Counted from the first letter of the stretch, positions 13,200 through 26,429 are shown. The stretch is DNA of 64,000 nucleotides from Chiloscyllium plagiosum (GCF_004010195.1 NC_057726.1:69302608-69366607), one strand, 5' to 3'. The notes: generated by a model not told the origin, from the sequence alone. Numbers and translations are program-made.

Positions 13200-13550
13200 C
13201 CCAGCATATTAGTGTTCAGTGGTTAGCCCTGCTGCCTCAGAGCGCCAGGGACCCGGATTCGATTCCAGCCTCGGGGAACTGTTTGTGTGAATTTGCACAT
13301 TCTCCCCTTTTTTCATGGGTTTCCTCCGGGTGCTCTGGCTTCCTCCCACAGTACAAAGACGTGCAGTTTAGATGAATTGGACATGCTAAATTGACCATAG
13401 CATTCATTGAAGTTGAGGCTTAGGTGCATTAGTTCGGGGAAACATAGAGTAATTGGTGTGGGTGAATGGGTTTGGGTGGGAAACTCTTCAAAGGGTCAGG
13501 GTGGACTTGTTAGGTCAAATGACCTGTTTCCACACTGCAAGGATTCTATA
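13200..13550 (+). mobile_element. HE1 V-SINE
   Basis: gtggttagccctgctgcctcagagcgccagggacccgg...gggtttcctccgggtgctctggcttcctcccacag. Confidence 0.85.
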
Positions 13551-14224
13551 ATCCACAATACATATTGAAGTAGTCCATTTTAAAGTGCAACAAGATCTAG
13601 GAGAAAGTGAGGGCTGCAGTTGCTGGTGATCAGAGTTGAGAGTGTGGTGCTGGAAAAGCATATGCAGAGATATTTAAAGAAGGAGGAGATTGGCACGAGG
13701 TAATAGAAGCGTTGCTGGCATGATGGATCAAATGGCCACCACTGCAAAGTAACAATTCTGTGATTTGCAGCATATTTTCCTAATTAATCCACCTTCGTCC
13801 AATTGATTCATAATTTTGACACAGGTTGTGGTTTGCAAGATCTTCCTCATCACAGAGCCTAAACTGATTGGATTGTGTTTTCTGTTTTTGTGCAGTTTTT
13901 TTACAGAAGTATGACTTGGATATTCTCCTATCGCCTGCCTCATTATCTAAAACTAAATAAGTTTAGAAGTTGATTGCTAATGCCTTTGAAATTTATCCTG
14001 TTGTGCATTTGTGGATCTGGGTGGCACTGCTGTGTCACAGTGATAAGGGCCCAGGTTCATTTCCAGCCTTGTGTGACTGTGCCTATGTGGGTTCCCTCTA
14101 GGTAGTCTGGTTTCTTCCCACAGTCCAAAGATGCGTGAGTTAGCCAATCCAAGTTGCCCATAGTGTCCAGGTGTTTGAGCCACAGTAAATGTGGGAGGAG
14201 CTGGCTCTGGGGCGGATGCACTTT

Positions 14225-14498
14225 TAGATTACTTACAGTGTGGAAACAGGCCCTTCGGCCCAACAAGTCCACATCGCCCTGCCGAAGTGCAACCCACCCA
14301 TACCTCTACATTTACCCCTTACCTAACACAACGAGCAATTTAGCATGGCCAATTCACCTGACCTGCACATCTTTGGACTGTGGGAGGAAACCAGAGGAGA
14401 ACGTGCAAACTCCACACAGTCAGTCACCTGAGGCGGGAATTGAACCCGGGTCTCTGGCGCTGTGAGGCAGCAGTGCTAACCACTGTGCCACCGTGCCG
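14225..14498 (-). mobile_element. HE1 V-SINE (young), inserted into an older + strand HE1 at ~14018-14560
   Basis: Near-consensus copy ending ccactgtgccaccgtgcc; tail ttagattacttacagtgtggaaacaggcc. Confidence 0.85.
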
Positions 14499-15359
14499 CA
14501 GTATGGTGGATCAGTATTGGCTGAATGACATCCTCCTGCACTGTAGGAATTCTATGATTCTTTTGGTGACCTCAGATGCATTCTATGCAATCCCAGTGAT
14601 TTATCAACTTAAATATCATCAGACAGTTTTATTGCACTTTTTCTTAACTTTTTTAATTTGCCTGCTGGCTCAATTGACTCCAACATCATTTTGAAAGCAT
14701 GTTATTCCTTTTTGAAGTTTGAAATATCATAATAATTTGCAAAGTCATCTATTTCCTCTTCCACAATGCAGAAAACCGATCTCTGATCTTCCTCGCCTTG
14801 ACTTTTACATTATATTTGGCTCCTTGTATACTGATGGCAAATCTGTGAATTTTACGTTAACTGTGATTCTATCCTCTTAATTTATATGTTTGTGCATTAT
14901 TTCTGTTCTGTCAATTGCTCTGAACTTTCTACAATGTACCTGGATTGTATTACTAACTTGCTCTCCCTTTGCCTCTTCTTACTCTAACTCTTTATCTGTT
15001 TCATCAACAATGAAACTCTGTACAACATTTTTTTGCTTGGTCTCCCAACCGGACAATTTTCTCATGCCAATCAGTTTATTGAATTGCCTCAGGCGTAAGT
15101 ACATCCTACCACAGATAAGGAGATCAAACGTTTGCACATTATTCCAATTGAGGACTGATGGTTTCAAATGCAATTCCATCAACAATGCATTAGTTTCATG
15201 CTACTAAATCCATCTTTTTAAATGTTCATGCACCTTTCATATGCAACTTGCCATTACTTGCATGCTTATTTTTGTTCATTCTTGTGCATAGACCAACAAA
15301 TTCTACTGCAAATATTTACCACATGCTCACTCTCAGACAATAGCCTGCTTTTTGTATTA

Positions 15360-15612
15360 CAGAATCATGGAATCCCTACAGATTGCAAGCAGGCCATTTC
15401 CCATGGCTAACCAATCTTGCCTCTACATCCCCTGACACGGTGGGCAATTTAGCCTGGCCAATCCATCTAACCTGCACATCTTTGAACTGGATGAGGAAAC
15501 TGGAGCACCCAGAGCAAACCCACGCAAATATGGGGAAAATGTGCAAATTCCATAAGACAGTCGCCCAAGGCTGGAATTTGACACAAGGCAGCAATAATAA
15601 CAACTGTGCTTC
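15360..15612 (-). mobile_element. HE1 V-SINE
   Basis: gggcaatttagcctggccaatccatctaacctgcacatctttg core. Confidence 0.8.
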
Positions 15613-17844
15613 CCCAATTATGTCTAAAATAATTTATAATCTTGCACTTGTCACAATACACAATTTGCCAACACTTCAGCAAAAATGATGTATGTGCTTT
15701 GCTGTCCTATTTACAGTCTTAAGTGCTGATGTGCTTACTTTGCTTCCTAAAATTTAGTGGTGAGCAAATGTTGATACATTAGTCTGGGCCCCGTTTTTAG
15801 CTGACATAAAATTGCAGTAGCTGACATCCAAACTTGAAACTGAAATTCAAACTTGAAACTTTGCTTTATCCCACCAGTTATTCTCTACAAAGACAAAATG
15901 ACCCTTTCTTAAAGATCTGCTTTCTGTTTTTTCCCATCAGCTAATCTTATATCCTTAGCGATTGAATGATTGGTGCTTGCTGATCTTATATGTGACACAG
16001 GAAGAAACACTGTTAACTCTGCAGAAAATCAAAAATAAGATATCTGCAACTGAAAAACTATGAACAAAGTTTGTTCAAAAACAACAAAAGTATGCTGCTG
16101 ATTTAGCAATAGCTACCCTACACCCACTTGAGTACGATTGCTTCATCACAAACTCCCTTGTGGTCCCTTGTGAATATGTATGATCCCCTCAGTTTTTTTC
16201 TTTTTCTATATTTTTATTTACACATGGGGAAATCAGCATAGGTTCATATGAACAATGGAATCAGAACCATTGGTAGGTCAGTCAGTCTCTCCAGTATGTT
16301 CCGATGTTCTGAAGATTCAATATAATGACTGGTGTGAGAAGATAGTCCAATTTCAGAGAGCAAATCAAAAACGTTGTACAAACAATATCATACTGAATCT
16401 GCTGTAACCTCAAATCCACATTCAAAGGGTATCCTTGATAATCTTTCACCTCTTGCTCCACCCGAATCTCTCAATTTGGGATTTAAAAATATTCAAGAAC
16501 CTTGCTTCCATTACCTTTTGAGGAAGAGTGTTGCAAAGACTCATAGATGTCTGAGAGAAAACAATGTCTATCGCTGTTTTAAATGGTCAACCTCTGAATT
16601 TTTGCAACCATGATCCCTAATTCTAGATGTTCCCATAGGAGGAAACATCTCTATATCTACCTTATCAAGACACCTTCACATGTCATACGTTTCAATGAAT
16701 GAACATGTTCTTCTTTGCAGCTGTCCAATCTTTTCCCATGAGACAAATTTATCATAATCTTTGTTGCCTCGACCGAGCTAATTCACAATTTCCTAAGCAG
16801 TCTTTTAAAAGTCTTCAGATTGATACTTAATTTCTATGATTGCTTATTTGTAAAGTTTTGATTGGAAGGCCACAAAATGCGTTAATGTCAATAGCAAATT
16901 CAAAATAAAACAATTTTGATAGATTAGATTGCTATATTTTCCTGAACAATTGAGTCTGAATGACTTTTCACAAAATAATCAGTGAACGATTGTACTTTAT
17001 TTAGAAGCTATATGAGTTACCTCCCATTTTTGACAAAAGATACACAAATGTATTGAAAGAATTACTTTGGCATATATAAACATGCTTTCTTTAAATGTTA
17101 ATTAAATTTTGTCTCTGATTTTGTTCTCACTTTAATGAAGAATACCTTCACATTTTCATTATTCAGAAATATTTGTGAATTGTGCCAGCTCGCCCTACTA
17201 TATCAGATTATATTGCATTGCTAAACAATGAGGGATCAAGGATACAGCATGAGTCTACTCTGGCTGGGCAGAGTGCCACTCTACATCAAATGTATATTAA
17301 GAATAAAATTTGAAAACAAAACTGCCAATTATTAACTAAAGCAAATTACCTAAGCAAAATGAACCAGCAAAATATTAGCAGATTAGCAATTGGATCTCTT
17401 CAGCTTTCTGAATATGGATAAATCAAAAAAACATTCTCACAGTAAAATCAAGAGGACAAATAGAATTAAAATTACTGTCCAATAAAATCAGAATGAACTA
17501 TCAATTCATGCCAGAAAAGACAGTGGAACATAAACAGGTTAGGGACAATTAACCAAGAGAAATTTGCGAACATTTGTTGAAGCAAAGCCCATCATTTTTA
17601 GGTCAAAATGCAGCGACTGGAAAATGGGAATGAAAATATTGGCATTTTCCCACGTTACTTACACAAAGTGAAATTATAAATATCTGACTGCATTCTACCA
17701 CAGAGAAAAAAAAAGTCAAAAATAATTTCAATGATTAATATGCTGAATTTTAAGCATATTTAAACAGAGTAAGGAGATCCTTGACAGTTGGAAATAATTG
17801 AAATATGATGTTTAGTGGTAACTGTAATGTTAATGTTCAAGATG

Positions 17845-18520
17845 CTTGAAATTGGAGTCGCAGGTAGATAGGATAGTGAAGAAGGCGTTTGTTATGCATT
17901 CCTTTATTGGTCAGAGTATTGAGTACAGGAGTTGGGAGGTCATGTTGTGGCTGTACAGGACATTGATTCGGCCAATGTTGGAGTATTGCATGTAAGTCTG
18001 GTCTTCTTCCTATCGGAAAGATGTTGTGAAACTTGAAAGGGTTCAGAAAAGATTTACAAGGATGTTGCCAGGGTTGGAATATCTGAGCTACAGGGAGAGG
18101 CTGAACAGGCTGGGGCTGTTTTCCCTGGAGGGTCGGAGGCTAAGGGGTGACTTTATAGAGGTTTACAAAATTATGAGGGGCATGGATAGGATACATCGAC
18201 AAAGTCTTTTTCCTGGGGATGGGAGTCCAGAACTAGAGGGCATTGGTTTAGGGTGAGAGGGAAAACATATAAAAGAGACCTAAGGGCAATTTTTTGACGC
18301 AGAGGGTGGAATTGTATGGAATGAGCTGCTGGAGGATGCGGTGGAGGCTGGTACAATTGCAACATTTAAGAAGCATTTGGATGTGTATATGAATGGGAAG
18401 GGTTTGGAGGGATATGGGTCGGGTGCTGGCAGGCGGGACTAGATTGGGTTGGGATATCTGGTCGGCATGGACGGGTTGGACCGAAGGGTCTGTTTTCATG
18501 CTGTACATCTCTATGGCTTT
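17845..18520 (+). mobile_element. CR1/HER1 LINE 3' end
   Basis: KLERVQKRFTRMLPGLEYLSYRERLNRLGLFSLEGRRLRGDFIEVYKIMRG plus 3' UTR. Confidence 0.9.
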
Positions 18521-20154
18521 ATGACTGTTTCAGTTGAAAGGGAATAGACCCAGGCGACAGTATCTGAGGGAAGAAATTCATCCACAGTTTTGCAAAATTA
18601 CGACAGAATGATGTGAGGAAGATAACAGCTTAATATTGATAAGAAACATAAACACCTCTGTGATACAATCTGTGCTTCTATCTGCTAAGTGTATTTGTAT
18701 TTGCCCAGTGTAGTGGCTTCTTTTCACCACTGCATACACTGGACTTTTTTCTTGGTATTTAGGTTTCGATGATGCACCGTAGTCATTGAAGGTAAGCTAG
18801 CCTGCTTTATGTCATGCTCTGTTTTGTCTGAAAAACAGCATTGAGACTGATTTACCATTCATTTGAATCATTCTAGATGAAAATTACACAAATCTATTTT
18901 TGACATTTTCTTGAAATCAACTCATTCTAATGAATGAACACATTATTTATACATGTGAGCTGAAATGTACCTCTGTACATAATGCGATTTCTTCCAGTTT
19001 TTTGGCATGATGCCATCCTCAGAACCTACTAGGTTAAGAGCAGAGTATGTCAGCTTATCCTCAGGCATCTCTTGCTATTTCTAGAAAATCAAGATTTAAC
19101 ATTCATTTGGTTATTTCATTTTGGAGTCAAGAGACAAGCATACATTCTTAACGCAGGCAATTTGTTTCTTGTAGTGACTTTGCTAACACTTCATTACAAT
19201 TATGATACTTTACAGTTCCTCACTCTGAACTGTTTGTTGCCAGGAACATCACATCGAATCACAATAAGCAAACCTTATTGTTTCACTATTATTAATATTA
19301 ATATAGTTTTAATTCAAAGTTTCCAGAAAAATGCTGCAATTATGCAGTGTTCTGAAGAAAAGGTTTCGTGCATCAGTTCAATTTAATTACGTTTTTGAAT
19401 TCTGATGGGTGACTTGCTGTTTTATTACATTCTGCTACAGATTGAGTATACAGTACAGTTTATTAAATGAGGCAAAAATAAACGTGTTTGCGTTTGCTTA
19501 ATAACTATAAAAAAGAATCACAGGTCGCACTGCTTCAACATAAAATTACAAGTGGCAAATACTTGAAATGAGTTAGTAAAGTCTTTCATTCGGAGGGTAT
19601 ATGATGCAGTATTTAATTGAAAATTCCCTCAAATTAAATCAGTAAATCAGTTTGAGAAAAGGACAAACTGTACTTACAACTGCTAATAGAAAATTAGTTT
19701 CAGAACCACCCTGTTCCCTTATGAATAATGGAAGGTATTCTATTCTATTTCAGTAGGCCATCTAAATAAAGGCATTGAAGTCTTAATTGAAGATGAAGTT
19801 GCAATGTATTTTCAAAGAATTTGCAAGGAACTCTTGATGCCAGATAGCATGTCTTAAAGTAAATTATTGATGTTTTAAGTTAGAATATGTACCATTTATT
19901 TAGGGAGGTACATGTTCAGCTTAGTGACAATGAAGAAATGTAACAAAGACAGTGTGATTTTGCTTAAAATGTAAACCACAATATTTCAGTGCTCTAAAAT
20001 GTGCCTTTTGGTCTTCTGTGAGGTATTTCTCAATCATAGATATTTTCTCTTTTGATCCGATCCACTGCTCGTGAAACAATGAAACACAGATTAAGCATTG
20101 CATCTGGCTATGAGAGGATTTTATTCTATTACCTATAACAGTGCAGCTTCAATA

Positions 20155-21150
20155 TAGAGTCATAGAGATGGACAGCACAGAAACACACTCTTCAATCCAA
20201 CTGGTTCATGCCGACCAGACATCCCAACCCAATCTAGTCCCACCTGCCAGCACCCAGCCCATATCCCTCCAATCCCTTCCTATTCATCTATCCATCCAGA
20301 TGTCTTTTAAATGTTGCAGTTGTACTAGCCTCCATCACTTCCTCTGGCAGCCCATTCCACACACACACACCAACTTCTGCATGAAAAGTTTGCTCCTTAG
20401 GTCTCTCTTATATCTTTGCGTTCTCACCCTAAACCCTCTAGTTCTGGACTCCCCTACCCCAGTGAAAAGACCTTGCCTATTTACCCTATCCATACCCCTC
20501 ATGATTTTATAAATCTCTGTAAGGTCACCCCTCAGCCTCCAACGCTCCAGGAAAAAAAGCCTTAGCCTATTCAACCTCTTCCAATAGCTCAAATCCTCCA
20601 ACTCTGGCAACATCTTTGTAAATCTTTTCTGAACCCTTTCAAATTTCACAACATCCTTCCGATAGGAAGGAGACTAGAATTCCACGCATTTTCCAAAAGT
20701 GCCCTAACCAATGTCCTGTACAGCAGCAAAATGACCTCCCAACTCCTGTAGGAGAAAGTGAGGACTGCAGATGCTGGAGATCAGAGCTGAAAATGTGTTG
20801 CTGGAAAAGGGCGTATGCCCGAAACGTCGATTCTCCTGTTCCTTGGATGCTGCCTGACCAGCTGCGCTTTTCCAGCAACATATTTTCAGCTCCCAACTCC
20901 TGTACTCTATACTCTGACCAATAAAGGAAAGTATACCAAATGCCTTCTTCACCATCCTATCTACCCGCAACTCTACTTTCAAGGAGCTTTGAACCTGCAC
21001 TCCAAGGACTCTTTGTTCAACAACACTCCCTATGATTTTACTATTAAGTGTATAAGTCCTGCTAATATTTGCTTTCCCAAAATGCAGCACCTTGCATTTA
21101 TCTAAATTAAACTCCATCTTCCACTCCTCAGCTCATTGGCTCATCTGATC
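20155..21150 (-). mobile_element. CR1/HER1 LINE 3' region, interrupted by a PLE-derived palindrome
   Basis: MEFNLDKCKVLHFGK...; FERVQKRFTKMLPE... Confidence 0.9.
20751..20889. mobile_element. Short PLE-derived palindromic element with a 15-bp TSD
   Basis: Flanked by ctcccaactcctgta at 20736-20750 and 20890-20904. Confidence 0.8.
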
Positions 21151-21635
21151 AAACAAAAAATCACAGAAAGATATTCAGTAATGGAGTACAAACTTTATCC
21201 CAGTTTTCAGAAGACCTCCGAGAAAGGAATTTAATTTCTGCTGCACCTGCAGCACAGAAGTGGGTCTATTCTGCACGACATAATTTTTAATGGATAAATG
21301 CTTCGTGTTAAGAGTCCAGTAGCGAACCAGCTTCTTGACTTCCTGCAATCCAGGTAATTTAGCTACATTGTTGTCAGGGAGAGAGTTCCATGTACCAGAT
21401 GCAAGGAAAGGGTTATTTTAGTTGTATTAAATTCAAGGATGTAGAACGAAATACCTTTTAAAAAGCAAACTCAGGTCCACACCTGAATTGGAAACAATAT
21501 AGCTATTGAATTCATGCTTTAAAAATGCACTTAAAGCGATTAAATCTGCTGGTCTGTCCTGCATTCAATTGCAGTCAAGAATAAATATCTATAATTGCAT
21601 GGTGCACTCTGGATTGACAGCAGAGATTTCAAGGC

Positions 21636-21871
21636 AAAGGTGAGGACTGCAGATGCTGGAGATTAGAGTCAAGAGTGTGGTGATGTAAAAGAACAGCAGG
21701 TCAGGCAGCATCCGAGGAGCAGGAGACTCGATATTTCGGGCAAAAGCCCTTCATTAAAGGCTGGCAATTCCTGGCCTCATTCCTGACGAAAGGCTTTTGC
21801 CCGAAACGTCGATTCTCCTGCTCCTCGGATGCTGCCTGACCTGCTGTGTTTTTCCAGCACCATACTCTCAA
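21636..21871. mobile_element. Short PLE-derived palindromic element with a hammerhead-like core at 21783-21810
   Basis: Inverted arms; CTGACGA-aaggcttttgccc-GAAACGTC. Confidence 0.8.
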
Positions 21872-22589
21872 CAAAAATTTCAAGTTTTGCCAAACTGTTC
21901 CAATTGTTCCTGGTAAAGTCTCAGCTGCTCCTTTTCAGTTATCACAGACTAGGAGCTTCCTCTCACGTGTCACTAATATCCACATTTTGAAAATTAAAAC
22001 TGAGACAGGTTTGCATCACGATGGCTCATCCACTTGTTTTTCAAGATTGCAGCACATTGCACTGGCAGAGAGGCAGTCTGCAATAAAAGCTGTCTAAGGA
22101 AGCCAAGTTGGGCAAGCTGTCTGCATAATTTGTTGAGATCTTTGCCAGAGTCTCTCGATAGAAGTCAGTCATAATGACCAAACTCAGACTAATGGATGAA
22201 TTAATTTTCAACAGTGTCGTAAGAAAGGCAAGAGCAATCATCTCTATTTGCAGCTAGAAACCTACCATTGAGAATAATCATCACTCCAGTGTAGCATTAC
22301 GCCTATAATCAATGCAGCAAAATTATTCATCATACTGTCACTTGTTAAGTACAAATGAAAAGTCATACAAATGAAAGCAATTATAAATATATTTGAACAT
22401 TTAAAATAGTTACAACAGCTTGTGAAACCTCCTACCATTTTCTAGCATTTTTATTTTGTTTTTATTCAGCTGATGTTGTGCTGCTGAGTGCTGATGGTAT
22501 CTTCAAGACTTATCTACAAGTTAGGAATATATGTATATATATATGGGTTTCCAGTTTCAATTGCTCAACTAGACTTGAAAATTAAAATA

Positions 22590-22700
22590 ATGACTGCAGA
22601 TGCTGGAAACCAGATTCTGGATTAGTGGTGCTGGAAGAGCACAGCAGTTCGGGCAGCATCCGAGGAGCAGTAAAATCTACGTTTCGGGCAAAAGCCCTTC
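22590..22700. mobile_element. Single-arm PLE-derived element with an 11-bp TSD
   Basis: aaattaaaata at 22579-22589 and 22701-22711. Confidence 0.75.
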
Positions 22701-22737
22701 AAATTAAAATAGACAGAATAAAGGAAATTAGCCTCAC

Positions 22738-22784
22738 CACATCTTCATGTTGAGTTGGATTTAATGATTTTTTCTTTCATCCTC
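22738..22784 (-). pseudogene. Gene C (pseudogene) cytoplasmic linker exon
   Basis: Minus strand: tttttatttctcag|GA GGA TGA AAG AAA AAA TCA TTA AAT CCA ACT CAA CAT GAA GAT GTG|gtgagg; 47 nt, phase 1-0 like the 44-nt exons of genes A and B; in-frame TGA. Confidence 0.55.
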
Positions 22785-23089
22785 CTGAGAAATAAAAATG
22801 ACATAAGTCAACAACAGAAAAAAGGTGATACTTGGACATGTCAGCAAACCAAAGAAATCAAAAACAAATCGAATACTATTTGCAGTTGTAAACAGCGTAC
22901 AATAGGAAACAATAATTTCGCACTACTAGTCTAAACGCTACACACAGATGCTTTGAACTTATGTCTTGAGGGTTGAAGCTATGGAAACTTCTTTCAGCAT
23001 TGAATTTCTCTATCACAATTTTGATCAATACTGATACAACATAGCAAAGTGAAACTGCAACTCTTCTTGTTGTATATTTGATGTGAAGC

Positions 23090-23530
23090 TCGGCCTCTGA
23101 CAAGGTTGCACAATGCAGGTTAGTCAGGAAGGTTAGGTCGCATGGGATCCAGAGAGAACTAACTAATTGGCTACAAACCTGTCTTGATGGTAGGAAGCAG
23201 AGGGTGATGGTTGAAGGTTGTTTTTCAGACTGGAGGCCTGTGACCCATGGTGTGCCACAGGTGTCGATACTGGGACCTTTGTTATTTGTTATTTACATAA
23301 ATGATCTGGATGTGAATATACCAGGCATGATTAGAAAGTTTACAGATGTTATAAAATTAGGAGATATCGTTGATAGCGAGGAAGGTTATCGAAAATTACA
23401 GAGGGATCTTGATCAAATGGGCAAGCTGGCTGAGAATCGGCAAATGCAATTCAATACAGGTAAGTATGAGGTGTTGCACTTTGGAAAGTGAAACCAAGGT
23501 AGAACTTATATAGTAAATGGTAAGGTTCTG
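23090..23530 (+). mobile_element. CR1 LINE RT fragment
   Basis: VEGCFSDWRPVTHGVPQVSILGPLLFVIYINDLD. Confidence 0.9.
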
Positions 23531-24784
23531 ACGAACATTTCAAAATGCACAACATTACCGATAATTTCAAGGATATCCATCTGTTAACCTGTGTTCAAAT
23601 GCAAAAAAAATCTTATTGCAACCAATTTCTCTGCAAAAGCTAAATTCAAAAAACTGAAGCAACCCATGACCAAATGCAGCAAAAACTGGAGAACATCAAG
23701 GCTTGGGCTGAAAATTTGGAAGTAACATTCACGCCATACAAATGCCATGCAAACACCATCTTCAACAAGAGACGATTCTAAATATTATGCCTTAACACAG
23801 TGGCATCATCATCAGTGATTCCCCTGACTATCTACGTTTTGGGGGTTATCATTGAGCAGAAACAGAATTGGGCGAGCCACAGATATAGAACTTTAGGTCA
23901 AAGGCTAGGAATCCTGCAGGGAGTAACTCAACTGTTGACTCCCCAAAGCCTACCCACCACCCACAAAGTGCATGTTAGGAGTGTGTTAGAATGATCCCCA
24001 TTTGCCTGCACGCTGCACGTCCAAAAGCACACAAAAAGTTTGACATGATCCAATAAAAATCAACCACTTGACTGACACCACATTCAGTCACTCCATTACA
24101 GATGCTCGGCAGCAGCGGTGTGTACCATTGAAATGCACTACAGAAATTCACCAAAGATCCTGACACAACATCTTCCAAACACACACTCATTACCATCTAG
24201 CAGGACAAGGGCAGTAAGTATATGGGAACACACCATTTCCAGGTTTCTCCCGAGCCACTCACAATCCTGAAATCACCGTTCCTTCACTGTCACTGGGACA
24301 AAATCGTGTAAATTCCTCCCGAATAGCTTTGTGGGTCTACTTACAGCACATGGATTGCAGCAATTCCAGAAGGCAGCACACCACCACCCTGTCAAGGGCA
24401 ACTAGGGACCAGCCAGCGACGCCCACTTTCCACAAGCTTTTTTAAAATCGAGCAGATCTCAAACTTTGCAGTGTCATTGGCTCTCCAGGTTCTCCAATAT
24501 TCTTGAACATGTTTCAGTTTAAGTAAATGTAAATATTTTGCATTATATTTCTGTATCTAATAACGTTTTTTTTTTGTTGACACACAGGATAAATGCATCT
24601 CTGGCCCAGAAGACAGTTAACAGTCAACCACATTGCTGTGGTTCTAGAGTCACATGTAGACCAGACTGGATAAGGATAGCAATTTCCTTTTCAAAAGGTC
24701 ATTAGCAAATCAGACAGGTTTTTCTGATAACCGATCATGGCTTAACCGTCATTATTAGACGTTTACTTCCAGATTCTCCGGTAC

Positions 24785-24956
24785 AATCCAAAGATGTACA
24801 GGTCAGGTGAATTGGCCATGCTAAATTGCCCATAGTGTTAGGTAATGGGTAAATGTAGGGGTGTGGGTGGGTTGCGCTTTGGCGGGTCGGTGTGGACTTG
24901 TTGGGCCGAAGGGCCTGTTTCCACACTGTAATGTAATCTAATCTAATCTAATCTAA
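24785..24956 (+). mobile_element. 5'-truncated HE1 SINE abutting the broken end of the gene C V exon
   Basis: gatgtacaggtcaggtgaattggccatgc...(tctaa)n tail. Confidence 0.85.
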
Positions 24957-25218
24957 TGTTCCAGTATCCTGGACAGTTACATTCAGAAGATTAAGGCAGG
25001 CTACTCGTTTAATGACATGGAAGAACTTGCTGCTACCCTCCTGCAGAAAGGATTTGTTACCTTCTCTCCGCCAGTAAGCAATAACATTTGAATCGTCGAT
25101 TTTGAGGGAGAAAAGACAAAGCAAGAAAACTGTTGAACCTCTCTGCGCTGTTAATCATTTCAGATCTGGGTTCACTTTGGCCAAAATACTCACAGCAGCT
25201 ATCAACCAAGGAAACACA
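24957..25218 (-). pseudogene. Gene C (pseudogene) V-domain exon, truncated before YYC
   Basis: Minus: ...AAVSILAKVNPDLK*LTAQRGSTVFLLCLFSLKIDDSNVIAYWRREGNKSFLQEGSSKFFHVIKRVACLNLLNVTVQDTGT; B-strand Cys, YW and L-x-NV-x-x-QDTG align with the gene B V domain; in-frame TGA; cut by a SINE. Confidence 0.85.
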
Positions 25219-25513
25219 CTGAGGTTAAACAAGAAGGACAGTCTGCACCAAATAACATTGTTATTCCAGGCGATTGATGCAACAATACTTTATGACACTT
25301 TACTCTTCAACTAATTCTCCAGTTTTTAAACTATTATCTGAACTGAATGTCATATCTTCTTCCTACTAACTCAGTGGCAAATGAGTTCTGGGAATAATTA
25401 ACTTGAAAAAGAAGACAATAATAAAAGGTATTCATTTATTTGTCAAATGTTTTTAAGTTCACATTACGTCTTGATTACGAACAGTGAAGCTGTATAGCAA
25501 AAGAAACATGTAC

Positions 25514-25560
25514 CTGCACAAAAGATTCACTGCAAACAGACATCTCCTTGTCAATGCCAT
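25514..25560 (-). pseudogene. Gene C leader exon
   Basis: Minus: ATG GCA TTG...TTG TGC AG|gtacat (MALTRRCLFAVNLLC, phase 2), matching the phase-2 acceptor ttcttgtttaacctcag| at 25218. Confidence 0.6.
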
Positions 25561-26429
25561 ATAGAAATATTGGCAGGGAAAATGTGAGACGATCAGTTGT
25601 GACTGAGGACAAAATAGACAAATGATTGTTAAATGCTCATCTCTGTGCCTCATTTAATCATATACATACGTGTGGTCAATAAGCAAATGACTACTTGCTG
25701 CATGAACAAAAATATATTTTCAAATAAGATCTGCTGTTTATGCTCTGGGAAACTGCCACAAAAATTGTGACACTAGATAGGGTACAGAACGGTATTTGGG
25801 AGATTACTGTTGGGACTTGAAAATGTGGCTGAGGAACGATTAAATAGGATGATGCTTTTGCCTTTCAAATAAGCTGAGGCCGAGGGAAAATTTTATTGGG
25901 ATGCACAAAACTGAGATGGGCTGAGACACAGTCAATTGGGAAGAGGTCATTAGCCTTCATATTGAGGTCAGTAATTGGGGGGTCATAGATTTAAAGAGAT
26001 TGATGGAAAAACTTAACGAGGAGATGATGAAACATCTCGAGTGTGGTAGACATCTGGAACCTGTGGCCTGAAAGGAAATTAGAGGCAGATTCCTTTGACT
26101 CTTTCACAAGTAATTTTGTTTGGACATGTACTTGACGTGCTGTAATCTGCCATACTTCTGTGATGATACTGTCGCTTTAAAAGGTTATGTTGTCCTTTTT
26201 TTAAAGAGAGATTGAATGGAAAATGTCCCAAGCTGTCTCTAAGAATGTAAACAATTTATGAGGCCTTGGCTTTTTTTTAAAGTTGGAACAATGGAAGAAA
26301 CCTGGGTGTGGCCAGCTCTCAAAGACCTGTTTTCTAGGCTTTTGTTTTCTAGGAACTGTGGAACTGCATGTCCAAATACGTCTGTATGTTAATGTTCCTT
26401 TTGATTCTGCCATTTACAGTATAACTGTA

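Noticed and set aside
13200-13280. tRNA-like sequences at SINE heads
   Set aside because: tRNA-derived Pol III heads of HE1 SINEs, not tRNA genes
21195-21247. Minus-strand acceptor ttctgtgctgcag| with a possible 53-nt exon (GAAEIKFLSRRSSENWDK)
   Set aside because: Weak donor; no similarity to gene A or B exons; the linker role is already filled by 22738-22784
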